Origin: an uncultured Clostridia bacterium | GTDB taxonomy: Bacteria > Bacillota > Clostridia > TANB77 > CAG-508 | DNA: 40,000 nucleotides | Reading direction: 5' to 3' | Assembly (NCBI GenBank): GCA_944386115.1 | Contig: CALWZV010000003.1 | Location: 7,582-47,581, forward strand | Shown: positions 28,251 to 38,088 of the stretch, piece after piece | How positions within the stretch are numbered: the first letter of the stretch is position 1 | Layout of the letters: the number at the start of each line of letters is the position of its first letter | Program-made: the position numbers and the translations under genes | Notes under the pieces: model-generated | The model's input: only the letters and a program-made list of their open reading frames with translations | The model's database searches: none | What the model was told of the DNA's origin: nothing

Positions 28251-28271
28251 CCTCATAATTTTTCTATGAGG
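28251..28271 (-). terminator. hairpin plus U7 directly abutting the agrB start codon (rluA-side terminator or agrB RBS-sequestering element)
   Basis: The minus-strand sequence is CCTCATA-GAAAAAT-TATGAGG-TTTTTTT-ATG. The only SD-like GAGG for agrB lies in the 3' arm of the stem. Confidence 0.55.
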
Positions 28272-28375
28272 CAATTTTATATATTTTTCTACATATTTTT
28301 TAATTTATTTTATATAAAATAGTTTTTTGTTTGTATAAATAATATTTAATTTTTTCATAAAGTATTTTTGCATTT

Positions 28376-29083
28376 TTATAAAATAGACATAATATCTTTT
28401 AGTTCTGAAAAATTTTTTTCTGGTTCAGGTATTGATTTAAATATCATTCCTTTTTTACTTATAGGATGAATTAATTTTAGTGTATATGCCCATAACGCTA
28501 GTTGTTTTCCTCTGCTTCCATATTTTTGATCTCCATATATACTGTGATTCCTTGAAGCAAGTTGTACCCTTATTTGATGATGTCTTCCTGTATCTAATTT
28601 TACTTTTATAACAGATAAGTTTGTATTAGAATTATATTTTAAAACTTCATATTCTAATTTTGCATATTTAGCATTTTTTTTATTTTTTTCTACCACTTTG
28701 CTTGTATTTGTTCTCTCAATTTTTAGTAAATAATCCTCATACGCACCTGTTTCAGATTCAAATTTTCCATTTGCAATAGCTAAATAAGTTTTCTCAAAAT
28801 CTTTATTTCTTATTTGCTCACTTAGCCTTGCTGCTGCCTTTGAAGTTTTAGCAAAACACATTACTCCACCTGTTGGTCTATCTAACCTATGAATTAGCCC
28901 TAAATAAACTTCTCCTGGTTTAGAGTATTTTTCTTTTAAATATTTTTTTATAATTGTAATCATATCTATGTCATTTGTTTTATCTTGTTGTGAAGGAATA
29001 TTAGCTGGTTTTTCTACAACAATTATATGATTATCTTCATATATTACTTTTAAATTTTCCATATTATTTTTCCCATCTTCCAT
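28376..29083 (-). CDS. RluA-family pseudouridine synthase
   Basis: 235-aa ORF with IVVEKPANIPS and HRLDRPTGGVM (catalytic Asp motif). The true start may be the internal Met at 29062. Confidence 0.85.
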   Translation of the reverse strand: MEDGKNNMENLKVIYEDNHIIVVEKPANIPSQQDKTNDIDMITIIKKYLKEKYSKPGEVYLGLIHRLDRPTGGVMCFAKTSKAAARLSEQIRNKDFEKTYLAIANGKFESETGAYEDYLLKIERTNTSKVVEKNKKNAKYAKLEYEVLKYNSNTNLSVIKVKLDTGRHHQIRVQLASRNHSIYGDQKYGSRGKQLALWAYTLKLIHPISKKGMIFKSIPEPEKNFSELKDIMSIL

Positions 29084-29921
29084 AAATTCCGCAAGGTAGT
29101 ACCAAATTAGAATTACTCATAGGCAAACCTATTTCCCCATTTGTTATTTTTCCTTTGTTTTTTATATTTATTTTCAAAATATTTGCTAATACTTCTGAAG
29201 AAATGCCTGTTGTATATGAATTAATTAGGAAAAATATAGGATCATCACTTAAAATTTCACTACACATTTTTACTAGATCTGATATGTTTTCTTCAAATCT
29301 CCATACTTCTTTATTTGTTCCTCTTCCATAAGAAGGTGGATCCATTATTATTGCATCATAATAGTTTTCTCTTTTTTTCTCTCTTTGAACAAATTTTATA
29401 ACATCATCTACTATATACCTTACTTTTTCTTTTTCCAATTCTGATGATTTAACATTTTCTTTTGCCCAAGTTACCATTCCTTTTGAACTATCTACATGAC
29501 ATACTTCTGCACCAGCAGATAAGCATGCTGTTGTCATTGCTCCTGTGTATGCAAAAAGATTCAACACCTTAATATGTCTTTTTTCATTTTTTATTTTATT
29601 TATAGCAAAATCCCAATTGATTGCTTGTTCTGGAAATATACCTGTGTGTTTAAATCCCATAGGTTTTAAATTAAATACTAGATTATTATATTTTATCTGC
29701 CAAACATCTGGAATATTTTTTATTCTTTCCCAATGCCCTCCTCCTTCATTACTTCTCCTATATATTGCATCTGCTTTCTTCCACTTTTCCGGGAATAGCT
29801 TTTCTTTCCATATAATTTGAGGATCTGGTCTTATTAATATTATATTTCCCCATCTTTCTAATTTTTCTCCATTTGACATATCTAATATTTCATAATCTTT
29901 CCAATTTTTAGCTATATACAT
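29064..29921 (-). CDS. class I SAM-dependent (rRNA-type, RlmI/K-like) methyltransferase
   Basis: 285-aa ORF with VLNLFAYTGAMT (SAM motif I) and IIMDPPSYGRG (motif IV). Confidence 0.75.
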   Translation of the reverse strand: MYIAKNWKDYEILDMSNGEKLERWGNIILIRPDPQIIWKEKLFPEKWKKADAIYRRSNEGGGHWERIKNIPDVWQIKYNNLVFNLKPMGFKHTGIFPEQAINWDFAINKIKNEKRHIKVLNLFAYTGAMTTACLSAGAEVCHVDSSKGMVTWAKENVKSSELEKEKVRYIVDDVIKFVQREKKRENYYDAIIMDPPSYGRGTNKEVWRFEENISDLVKMCSEILSDDPIFFLINSYTTGISSEVLANILKINIKNKGKITNGEIGLPMSNSNLVLPCGIYGRWEK

Positions 29922-30763
29922 TTGCTCACCTCTTCAATTATCCATTTTGGAGTAGAAGCTCCTGCCATTATTCCAATTTTATTAAATTTTTTTATATAGT
30001 CCTTGTCCAATTCTTTCTTTGTTTCTATTAATAATACATTTTTACAATTTTCTTTTGAGATCTCATATAATTTTTTTGTATTACTACTATTTTTCCCTCC
30101 AATTATAATCATTAAATCTACTTCTTTTGAAATTCTGCTAGTTTCTTTTTGTCTTAAATCAGTTGCATTACATATAGTTTTATCTGTAATTACTTCTATG
30201 TTTTGAGGAATTTTTTTCCTTATTTCATCAGCTATTTTATCGAATTTTTCAGATGAGAATGTAGTTTGTGATATTACAACTACTTTTTTATATTTTGAAT
30301 TTTTAAATATCTCTATAGATTCATCAATATATTCCATTTTCTCTATTATGCTCCCACATTCACTGCAAAAGCTATATGTTCCAACTATCTCAGGATGTTT
30401 TTTTTCACCAACTAGAAAAATGTAATATCCATTATTAACATATTCTTCTACTTTTCTATGTATATTTAATACTTTTGGACATGTTAAATCTATTAACTCT
30501 AAACCGTTCTCATCTGCTTGTTTATAAACTTGTTTTGGTATACCATGTGCTCTTACTATAATTTTTTTCTTTTCTTTTATTTCTTTTAAATCATCTATTA
30601 CAATTAAACCATGTTCTTGTAGCTTTTGCATTACTTGATTATTATGTATTAATTCTCCTAAACAATAAATTTTACTATTTTCTTTTAATGCTTCTTCTGT
30701 TTTTACTACTGCATTTGTAACTCCTGCACAAAATCCTGCATATTTTCCAACTATTATTTCCAT
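29912..30763 (-). CDS. ispH: 4-hydroxy-3-methylbut-2-enyl diphosphate reductase
   Basis: MEIIVGKYAGFCAGV..., LTCPKV and SQTT motifs. I prefer the ATG at 30763, after AAAGGGA, over the 30802 extension. Confidence 0.9.
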   Translation of the reverse strand: MEIIVGKYAGFCAGVTNAVVKTEEALKENSKIYCLGELIHNNQVMQKLQEHGLIVIDDLKEIKEKKKIIVRAHGIPKQVYKQADENGLELIDLTCPKVLNIHRKVEEYVNNGYYIFLVGEKKHPEIVGTYSFCSECGSIIEKMEYIDESIEIFKNSKYKKVVVISQTTFSSEKFDKIADEIRKKIPQNIEVITDKTICNATDLRQKETSRISKEVDLMIIIGGKNSSNTKKLYEISKENCKNVLLIETKKELDKDYIKKFNKIGIMAGASTPKWIIEEVSKCI

Positions 30764-30971
30764 AATTATCCCTTTCAAAATTTTTAAATATTTCTTATAC
30801 AAAATTAATTAATTCAAACAGAGCTAGAACATATATTTTTCTATTGTCTACAAACTTGTAATTTAAAATATTTTTCTTATTATATAACTTTTTTATGCTA
30901 TTGTCTATACAGCCCAAAATCATATACACATATAGTTTATATATATACTAAAATTTATTTGCTCTTTTTGG

Positions 30972-31000
30972 AAAAAAATATCCCTCAGGCTTTGAGGGAT
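30972..31000 (-). terminator. rho-independent terminator after the small ORF 31042-31266
   Basis: The minus-strand sequence is ATCCCTCA-AAGCC-TGAGGGAT followed by ATTTTTTT. Confidence 0.75.
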
Positions 31001-31041
31001 ACACTATATTAAAGTTAGTTTTTTTAAGTATATGCTCATAA

Positions 31042-31266
31042 TTATATTAAATTTCCAAGAATACTAAAAAATTGATATATAAATATTATATTTATTACTG
31101 AAAAAACTATTGTTGAAAAAATTACTATTGTCATAAATTTATGTTTTTTCATCTTGTTTATTAAATTTTTAATAAATCCTTTCTCATTTATTTCTAGTAC
31201 ATCTTCGTACTCTTTGTACTTTATACCAAAAATTTTATCTGTTGTATACATATCTTTTCCTCCCAA
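31042..31266 (-). CDS. hypothetical small protein with a C-terminal TM helix
   Basis: 74-aa ORF with a GGGAGG-like RBS and a terminator downstream. I did not recognise a family. Confidence 0.45.
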   Translation of the reverse strand: MGGKDMYTTDKIFGIKYKEYEDVLEINEKGFIKNLINKMKKHKFMTIVIFSTIVFSVINIIFIYQFFSILGNLI

Positions 31267-31330
31267 ATATATTTTTATATATTTATATTCAAGAGTTATA
31301 ATTTTATTCCAAAAACTTTTCTTCTATATT

Positions 31331-33122
31331 CTACTTATTTAAAGCATTTTTAATATTTTCTGCTAATTTTCTATTAATTCCATCTACTTTCATAATTTCT
31401 TCTATCTCTGCTTTTTTTATTTTATCAACACTACCGAAATATTTTAATAACTTTTGTTTCTTCTTTTCTCCTATTTTTTCTATATTGTCTAATTCTGATT
31501 TTGTTATTTCATTATCTCTTAATTTTCTATGATATTCAATTGCAACCTTGTGTACTTCATCTTGTAAATTTGTTATGAAATTTTTTAAATTATCAGATAT
31601 ATCTATTTCTTTTCTTGTTTCATCTATTAATGCTCTTGTTTGATGTTTATTATTCTTTACCATTCCATATACAGGTATTTCTATATTATATTTTCTTATT
31701 GCTTCTTTACTTGCTTTAATTTGAGTTATTCCTCCATCTATTAATATAAGATCCGGTAATTTTCCAAACCCATTATCAGTACCATTTAATGAATGTTTTA
31801 TTCTTCTTTCTATAACTTCTTCAATGCATCTTGGGTCATCTTGATTAAATACTGTTTTTATTTTAAATCTTCTTGATAAATTTCTTGCTATTTTACCATC
31901 TTTTACTACTGCCATTCCTGCGACCATAAAACTTCCGTGATATATTTGATATATCAAAACTTTCTATTTTTCTTGGTATATTGGGTAATTTTAATATTTC
32001 CTTTATTTCTTCAATTACATTTACTTCATTTTCTGCTTTGTTTTCTAATGTTATTTTTGCATTTTTTTCTGCCATTTCAACAAATTTTAATTTTTCACCT
32101 TTTTTGGGAGTTTTTATTATAACTTTTTTATCTGCCTTTTCTGATAACCATTTTTCTATAGATAATAAATCTTCTATTTCTTCCCTTATCATGATTTTGC
32201 TTGGTATAACATTTTTATCAACATAATATTGCTTTATAAATCCTGATATTATTTCCTTGTCATCCATTTCAGATATATCACTAAAAAAATAATGCTCTCT
32301 TCCAATCATTTTGCTATGTCTTACAAAAAATATTTCTATACATACTAATATCTCGTTTTTAGCAATTCCTATTACATCAATATCATTTTCAGATATATTA
32401 GAAACTTTTTGTTTTTCTGTTATTTGTTTTATTGCATTTTTTTTATCTCTTAATTCTGCTGCTTTTTCATATTCTAAATTATCTGCTGCCTTTTTTATAT
32501 CTAAATCTATTTGTCTTATTATATTTTCTATTTTTCCATCTAAGAGCATTATTATTTGTTCTATTTGTTTTGCATATTCTTCTTTTGATATTCTACCAGT
32601 ACATGGTGCTGAACATCTTTTTATGTGATAGTTTAAGCATTCTCTTTTAGTTGATTTAAATGATCTACATTGTCTTATTTGAAATCTTTGTTTAATAAAG
32701 TCCACCATTTCTTTTGCAGCCATACCACTTGGATATGGGCCAAAATATTTTGCACCATCATTTAATATTTTCCTAGTTATTATTACATTCGGATAATCTG
32801 ATTTGACATCTACTTTTATATATGGGTATGTTTTATCATCTTTTAATAAAACATTAAATTTAGGTCTATTTTGTTTTATTAAATTACATTCTAAAATTAA
32901 TGCTTCTGATTCATTATCTGTTACAACATATTCAAAATGGTCTATAAGAGATACCATTTTTTCTATTCTAGCTGTTTTATTATTTTTTCTAAAGTATTGT
33001 CTTACTCTATTTTTTAATGATACAGCTTTTCCAACATATAAAATATTGTTTTGAGCATCTCTCATTATGTATACTCCAGGTCTATTAGGAAGTTTTTTTA
33101 AGTTTTCTTCTATATTGAACAT
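31331..33122 (-). CDS. uvrC: excinuclease ABC subunit UvrC, frame interrupted (+1 at sense C = plus 31937)
   Basis: Track pieces 31893-33122 (GIY-YIG PGVYIMRD..ILYVGKA, UVR motif) and 31331-31957 (RNase H-like and HhH2 C-terminus) join as IESFDISNIS|GSFMVAGMAVVKDG. Length is 1792 nt, i.e. 3n+1. Confidence 0.9.
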
Positions 33123-33200
33123 TTTCTCTCCTTTGCAAATCTTATATTTAAATAAGGATATTTATCCAATTTATATTAGAAAATATCCTCATTATTTATT

Positions 33201-33530
33201 TTATGATACCCATCTTAAAATTTTTATATCCTTATAAGTATTTAAAACATCCATATATTTTTGATATTCATCTTCCCAGAGGAGACTTGGTATTTTATCA
33301 AATGCTTCAAATACTTTTTCTGCTTCTTTTAAAAATATTATTTGCTCTTGCCTAGATAAACTTTTATATTTTTTTGTAAACTTAGCTAATTTATCTAACA
33401 TTTGGTTTGCTTGTATGAATCCATAAAAATCTTTTACTTTTATTCCTGCTAATCTAAGTTGTAATATGGCAAAAGCTATAAGAGCAAATATTATAAAAAC
33501 TAATATATATATTATTGCAAGTATTGTCAT
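33201..33530 (-). CDS. hypothetical protein with an N-terminal TM anchor
   Basis: 109-aa ORF with a GGGGG RBS. I did not recognise a family. Confidence 0.5.
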   Translation of the reverse strand: MTILAIIYILVFIIFALIAFAILQLRLAGIKVKDFYGFIQANQMLDKLAKFTKKYKSLSRQEQIIFLKEAEKVFEAFDKIPSLLWEDEYQKYMDVLNTYKDIKILRWVS

Positions 33531-33697
33531 TTATTACAGACCCCCATTCTGGTTTTGGATTTACCAGAATACTTTATTTTTATTTAACATATATTTATTA
33601 TAACACTTATTACCAATTTTGGCAAATTTTATTTGCTATTTTCGACATGAATTGTTATAATATTGATTGTTTAAAATTATAAATGGAGTGATAACAT

Positions 33698-34555
33698 ATG
33701 GATAGATTTAAAGCTGCTAAATTGGCTGGTATATATGGCATTTTAGGAAATATATTTTTACTATTCATTAAAGGCTTTTGTGGATTTATTTTTAAAAGCC
33801 AATCTATGATTGCAGATAGTGTAAACAGTGCTTCAGATATTTTTGCTTCATTAATGACTTTTATTGGAAATAAAATTGCTAGTGAACCTGGAGATAAAAC
33901 TCATAATTTTGGACATGGAAAAGCAGAATACCTATTTTCACTATTTATTAGCCTTGTTATGATTTTGGTTTCTTTAAAAATCTTATATGACTCTTGCCTT
34001 TCTATAGTCTTTAAAAATGAAATTTCTTTCTCTTGGCTTTTAATTATTGTATGTATAATTACAATAATTTTAAAATTTTGTTTATTTTTATACACAAAAA
34101 GCTTAGCCAAAAAATATAATAATATATTACTTGAAGCTAATTATAAAGATCATAGAAATGATTGTATAGTTACAACATTTACATTAATTTCTATAATTTT
34201 TAGCTATTTCAATATATTTTTTATAGATGGAATTGTTGGAATTGGAATATCAATTTGGATTTGTATTACTGGTGTTAAAATATTTATTGAAAGTTTTAAT
34301 GTTTTAATGGACTATTCTTTAGATGAAGATACTAAAGATCTTATTTTAGATTTAGCACATAGTTATAAAGATATTAAAAAGGTAGATGATTTATACTCTA
34401 CTCCAACTGGTTATCAATATGCCGTGTTTCTTACAATTTATGTTGATGGAAATCTCTCTACTTTTGCTAGCCATAATTTAGCTGATAGTCTTGAAAAAGA
34501 TATATCGAAATTAGAAAAAGTTGCTAAAGCTATAGTTCATGTAAATCCAATATAA
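33698..34555 (+). CDS. cation diffusion facilitator (CDF) family transporter
   Basis: 285-aa ORF with six TM helices, SMIADSVNSASD and HNFGHGKAEY motifs, and a C-terminal cytoplasmic domain. Confidence 0.85.
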   Translation: MDRFKAAKLAGIYGILGNIFLLFIKGFCGFIFKSQSMIADSVNSASDIFASLMTFIGNKIASEPGDKTHNFGHGKAEYLFSLFISLVMILVSLKILYDSCLSIVFKNEISFSWLLIIVCIITIILKFCLFLYTKSLAKKYNNILLEANYKDHRNDCIVTTFTLISIIFSYFNIFFIDGIVGIGISIWICITGVKIFIESFNVLMDYSLDEDTKDLILDLAHSYKDIKKVDDLYSTPTGYQYAVFLTIYVDGNLSTFASHNLADSLEKDISKLEKVAKAIVHVNPI

Positions 34556-34583
34556 CTAAGAAATTCAAGTGAATTTCTTAGTT
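34555..34583. terminator. bidirectional terminator shared by the CDF gene and the convergent permease gene
   Basis: AACTAAGAAATTC (34555-34567) pairs with GAATTTCTTAGTT (34571-34583), followed by TATTTTTT. It overlaps both stop codons. Confidence 0.75.
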
Positions 34584-36227
34584 TATTTTTTCGAATAATT
34601 TTTCCTGATTTTTATTCATATATTTTGACACGATAAAGGTTATTGTTCCAAATAATATTATAAGAATAATTCCTGTATATATGTAATTCAATTTGCTCGC
34701 AAATATTCCAATTGCTATTACAATTCCTATAAATAAAAATGTTAATATGAATTCAAACATCATATTCATGTTTTGCTTCACAACTGCATATTCTGTGCTC
34801 CAATGAAGTTTAGGCCTTTTTAAATCCACAACAATAAGAAGTTCGGATTGCAAATAATTCATTATAAAACTTATAACAAATATTATTCCAATATATGTTA
34901 ATGTCACATCACTAAATATTACTTTTACTATAACTAATGTAAGTAATGTTGGAATTATATTTAGTATTACCCCTGGCATAATTTTGTATATTAGTTGTTT
35001 ATATAAACTTATTGGAATGTATTTCATAAATACTGCATTTTCTCCATCTCTTGATATTGCAGTAATTGCTATAAAATTCATTGTAAATAAAAAATTAATA
35101 ATAGCAATTATTATACATAATGCCATTGAGTTTTCTACATTAAAATTTAATTCTTGCAAAATATGTCCATCTGAACTTAAATAAATAGACAAAACTAAGA
35201 TTACTGGCATTAATATTGAAGGCAATATACACTGCATAAAATATATTGGATTTCTGAATAGAGTTTTAACTTCTTTCAAGAAATATGTTGTACTTGCTTC
35301 ATTTTTTTTATAAATGTTTTTAATATTTGTCTTTTTCTTTTTACCAGATATTCCACCCGTATAGTTTCCAATTATTCCTTTTAAATATATTTTACTACCT
35401 AGTAATACAAATATTAATACACCAAAAATTGTTATTCCCAATAGTTTCAAAAATTCAATTAATCCAACTATATTTTCACTATTTATTAATGTATTAACAG
35501 TTGGCTCTATACTTATAAAATATCTGTTTATAATTTCTACCATGCCATTGGCTTTTGTTAAACTTTGTACTAATTCCTCATTTGTTGGTTCATTAATTTG
35601 ATTTACTACAAATTGTATCCCAATTGCTAAAATAATTGATAAAAATCCTGCTATAAATTGAAATCTATCTTTATACTTTGTTAGTCTTGCAAATCTCATA
35701 ATGATCATTACAATAAGTGTAGCAACAATAGCTGGAAATATTGGAAATATAAGAAGTACTAAAAAAGCATAAACAAAAAATAATATTCCTGCTCCTGTTA
35801 AAATTCCATAAATTATAATTGGAGCAAGTCCAAATGCTATTTCAATAATATATTCAGTTATAATTAAAGTTATAAATTTTGCTATCAATAATTCAGATGG
35901 CTTTATAGGAAGTGGCAAAAGTGTTGGTATATCTTTTGAAAAGTAAAATAAGTTTATACTTGAAAATATTGTTTGAAATATAACTAATGCAGCAATTGCA
36001 AGCATAAATAAGCCCAAAAACATACTTTCTTGATTAAAATCAATTAATAATTTAATTAATTCATAGCTTAAAAAGCCAAATATTGATACAACATATAATA
36101 GTAGTATTGTTGCTCCAACACCTGTTATTACTTTTTTTGAAATTTTTTCTTGTTTTTGTTCATTATTATTGGTTTTGATGGAAGTTTTTAAAAATACTTT
36201 TACAAGTTTAATTATCCTATTCATCAT
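34578..36227 (-). CDS. polytopic ABC exporter permease (ABC-2-like), substrate unknown
   Basis: 549-aa ORF with more than 10 predicted TM helices. It overlaps the stop of the upstream ABC ATPase gene by 11 nt. Confidence 0.6.
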   Translation of the reverse strand: MMNRIIKLVKVFLKTSIKTNNNEQKQEKISKKVITGVGATILLLYVVSIFGFLSYELIKLLIDFNQESMFLGLFMLAIAALVIFQTIFSSINLFYFSKDIPTLLPLPIKPSELLIAKFITLIITEYIIEIAFGLAPIIIYGILTGAGILFFVYAFLVLLIFPIFPAIVATLIVMIIMRFARLTKYKDRFQFIAGFLSIILAIGIQFVVNQINEPTNEELVQSLTKANGMVEIINRYFISIEPTVNTLINSENIVGLIEFLKLLGITIFGVLIFVLLGSKIYLKGIIGNYTGGISGKKKKTNIKNIYKKNEASTTYFLKEVKTLFRNPIYFMQCILPSILMPVILVLSIYLSSDGHILQELNFNVENSMALCIIIAIINFLFTMNFIAITAISRDGENAVFMKYIPISLYKQLIYKIMPGVILNIIPTLLTLVIVKVIFSDVTLTYIGIIFVISFIMNYLQSELLIVVDLKRPKLHWSTEYAVVKQNMNMMFEFILTFLFIGIVIAIGIFASKLNYIYTGIILIILFGTITFIVSKYMNKNQEKLFEKIN

Positions 36228-36943
36228 CTGTAAGCTCCAAAAACATTTCTTCTAAACTTCCGCCTTCTTTTACTTTATTTTTTAATTCTTCATAACTTCC
36301 AACAAAAACTAGTTTTCCTTTATTTATAATTCCTACTCTGTCACACAATTTTTCAGCAACAGCTAAAACATGTGTAGAAAACATTATGGCATTCTTATTT
36401 TTGCTATGTTCTCTCATCAATTCCTTTAGTTCATAAGATGCTTTTGGATCAAGTCCTGTCATTGGTTCATCCAATATCCAATTTTTAGGATTATGTAATA
36501 ACATACTTATTATAATAATTTTCTGCCTCATACCATGTGAATAGCTTTGCATTGGCTCTCCTAAATTTTCAATTATCTCAAACCTTTTAGCTAAATTTTC
36601 AATTTTTTCTTTTCTTTCTTCTGAAGAAACATTATATATATCTGCAATAAAATTCAAATATTCAATTCCTTTTAATTTTAGAAACATGTCCGGATTGTCT
36701 GGAACAAAACCAAAATGTTTTTTTGCCTCTAACGGATTTTTTGAAATATCTATTCCATCTATTTCAATTTTTCCTTCATCAATATCTAATATTCCTGTTA
36801 TCATTTTTATTGTTGTGGTTTTACCGAGCGCCATTTGGCCCTAAGAATCCAAATATCTCACCATCTTTTATTTCTAAATTCAAATTATCAACAGATTTCT
36901 TGCCTTTAATATATGATTTACTTACATTAGTAATATTAATCAT
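36217..36943 (-). CDS. ABC transporter ATP-binding protein, frame interrupted inside Walker A (+1 at sense C = plus 36826)
   Basis: My own N-terminal translation from the ATG at 36943 (RBS GGGAGG) is [39 protein letters not shown]|[11 protein letters not shown]. The track ORF then continues with LSHGMRQK-type signature, Walker B ILDEP and the H-loop. Length is 727 nt, i.e. 3n+1. Confidence 0.9.
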
Positions 36944-37002
36944 AAATTTTTCCTCCCTCTTTTGCTAATTATACATATTTCATTTGTGTTTTTCAATAAT
37001 TT

Positions 37003-37347
37003 TTAAATATTATCCAGCCCATTTTTTAAATTATATACATTTTCATATCCTAATTTTTGTAATTTTTTTAATGCTTTACTACTTCTACCTCCAGTTTTAC
37101 AATATAAAATAATAATTGATTTTTTATCTTTTAACATATTCTCTATTTTTGCATCTATTTCAAAATTTGGAATATTTATGGCACCACTTAAATGTTCTTC
37201 TTGAAATTCTTGTTTGCTTCTTACATCTAGTAATATTATATTTTTATTATTTTTCTTCATCTCTAATAACTCAGCATAATTTATGCTATTATCATATCTT
37301 TCATGTCCTATTATTCTGTATATATAACTTAAAATTTTACTTTGCAT
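37003..37347 (-). CDS. single-domain rhodanese-like sulfurtransferase
   Basis: 114-aa ORF with the active-site loop CKTGGRS. Confidence 0.8.
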   Translation of the reverse strand: MQSKILSYIYRIIGHERYDNSINYAELLEMKKNNKNIILLDVRSKQEFQEEHLSGAINIPNFEIDAKIENMLKDKKSIIILYCKTGGRSSKALKKLQKLGYENVYNLKNGLDNI

Positions 37348-37434
37348 TTTTAATCACCTAACAAAAAAACTAATATTAATATATAATATTAGTTTTTTGT
37401 TGTTTTGTTTCTTTTTTAGACATATTTTTAAAGT

Positions 37435-38071
37435 TTACGATTTTTTATTTGATAATTTTTCTACTTTTACCATCTCAATTATTATATATGTAACTACAAT
37501 AACAAGGATTACAGGAATTGTAAATTGATTAATTGGAATTCTAACTATTGCAAATATACTAAGTATTAATAATAAAATCAAAATTAAGTCAATACTTACT
37601 CCTAAAAATATCTGAATTGGGTTTAATTTTCTGTACCTTATCATCATATATGCAAGTACTAACACAATTGATATTACTCCTGATACAAAGTATGGTTTTA
37701 TAATATCTCTTCCCCTTAAGTTAGATATATCTTCATTTACAATTGTTGAAATTGTATTTTCAGTTCCATATTTTTCATTTATTTTATCAACTAAAGTTTG
37801 TACCTGTTCGTCAGTGGCATGTTTTACTCTTATTGAAACGATATTATTGAATATTTCTACTTCTTCTACTATAATTTTTTGCCCGTCCAAAAGCTTCTTT
37901 TGCTATATTTTCTATATCCTTTACATTATAATCTTTTCCAATGCTTATTTCAAATCTTTTATGACTCGTAAATGTAAGATCAAAATTCAACCCTATTGTA
38001 AATGTAATAATTAATCCTATAATAATTATTACAGCAATTATTGAAAGTGCAACTATTTTCTTTACTTTCAT
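37435..38071 (-). CDS. short SecF-like membrane protein, frame interrupted (+1 at sense C = plus 37885)
   Basis: Track pieces 37844-38071 and 37435-37890 join as NIAKEAFG|GQKIIVEEVEIF. The layout is TM1, an exported alpha/beta domain, then about 3 TM helices. This resembles the first two thirds of SecF. Length is 637 nt, i.e. 3n+1. Confidence 0.5.
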
Positions 38072-38088
38072 TTTTAACCCTCCATTTT

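Noticed and set aside
28272-28375. LytTR-type 9-bp direct repeats upstream of agrB.
   Set aside because: Only a single TACAAAC-like element was seen and no convincing second copy at about 21-nt spacing. The region is too AT-rich to call by eye.
33546-33571. The hairpin ATTCTGGT..ACCAGAAT plus a T-rich tract, considered as a metal (czcD/NiCo-type) riboswitch terminator for the CDF transporter.
   Set aside because: The best CDF promoter-like element (TGTTATAAT around 33650) lies downstream of the hairpin, so the hairpin is outside that 5' UTR. No conserved NiCo-like core is visible. It more likely belongs to the leader of the minus-strand 109-aa ORF.
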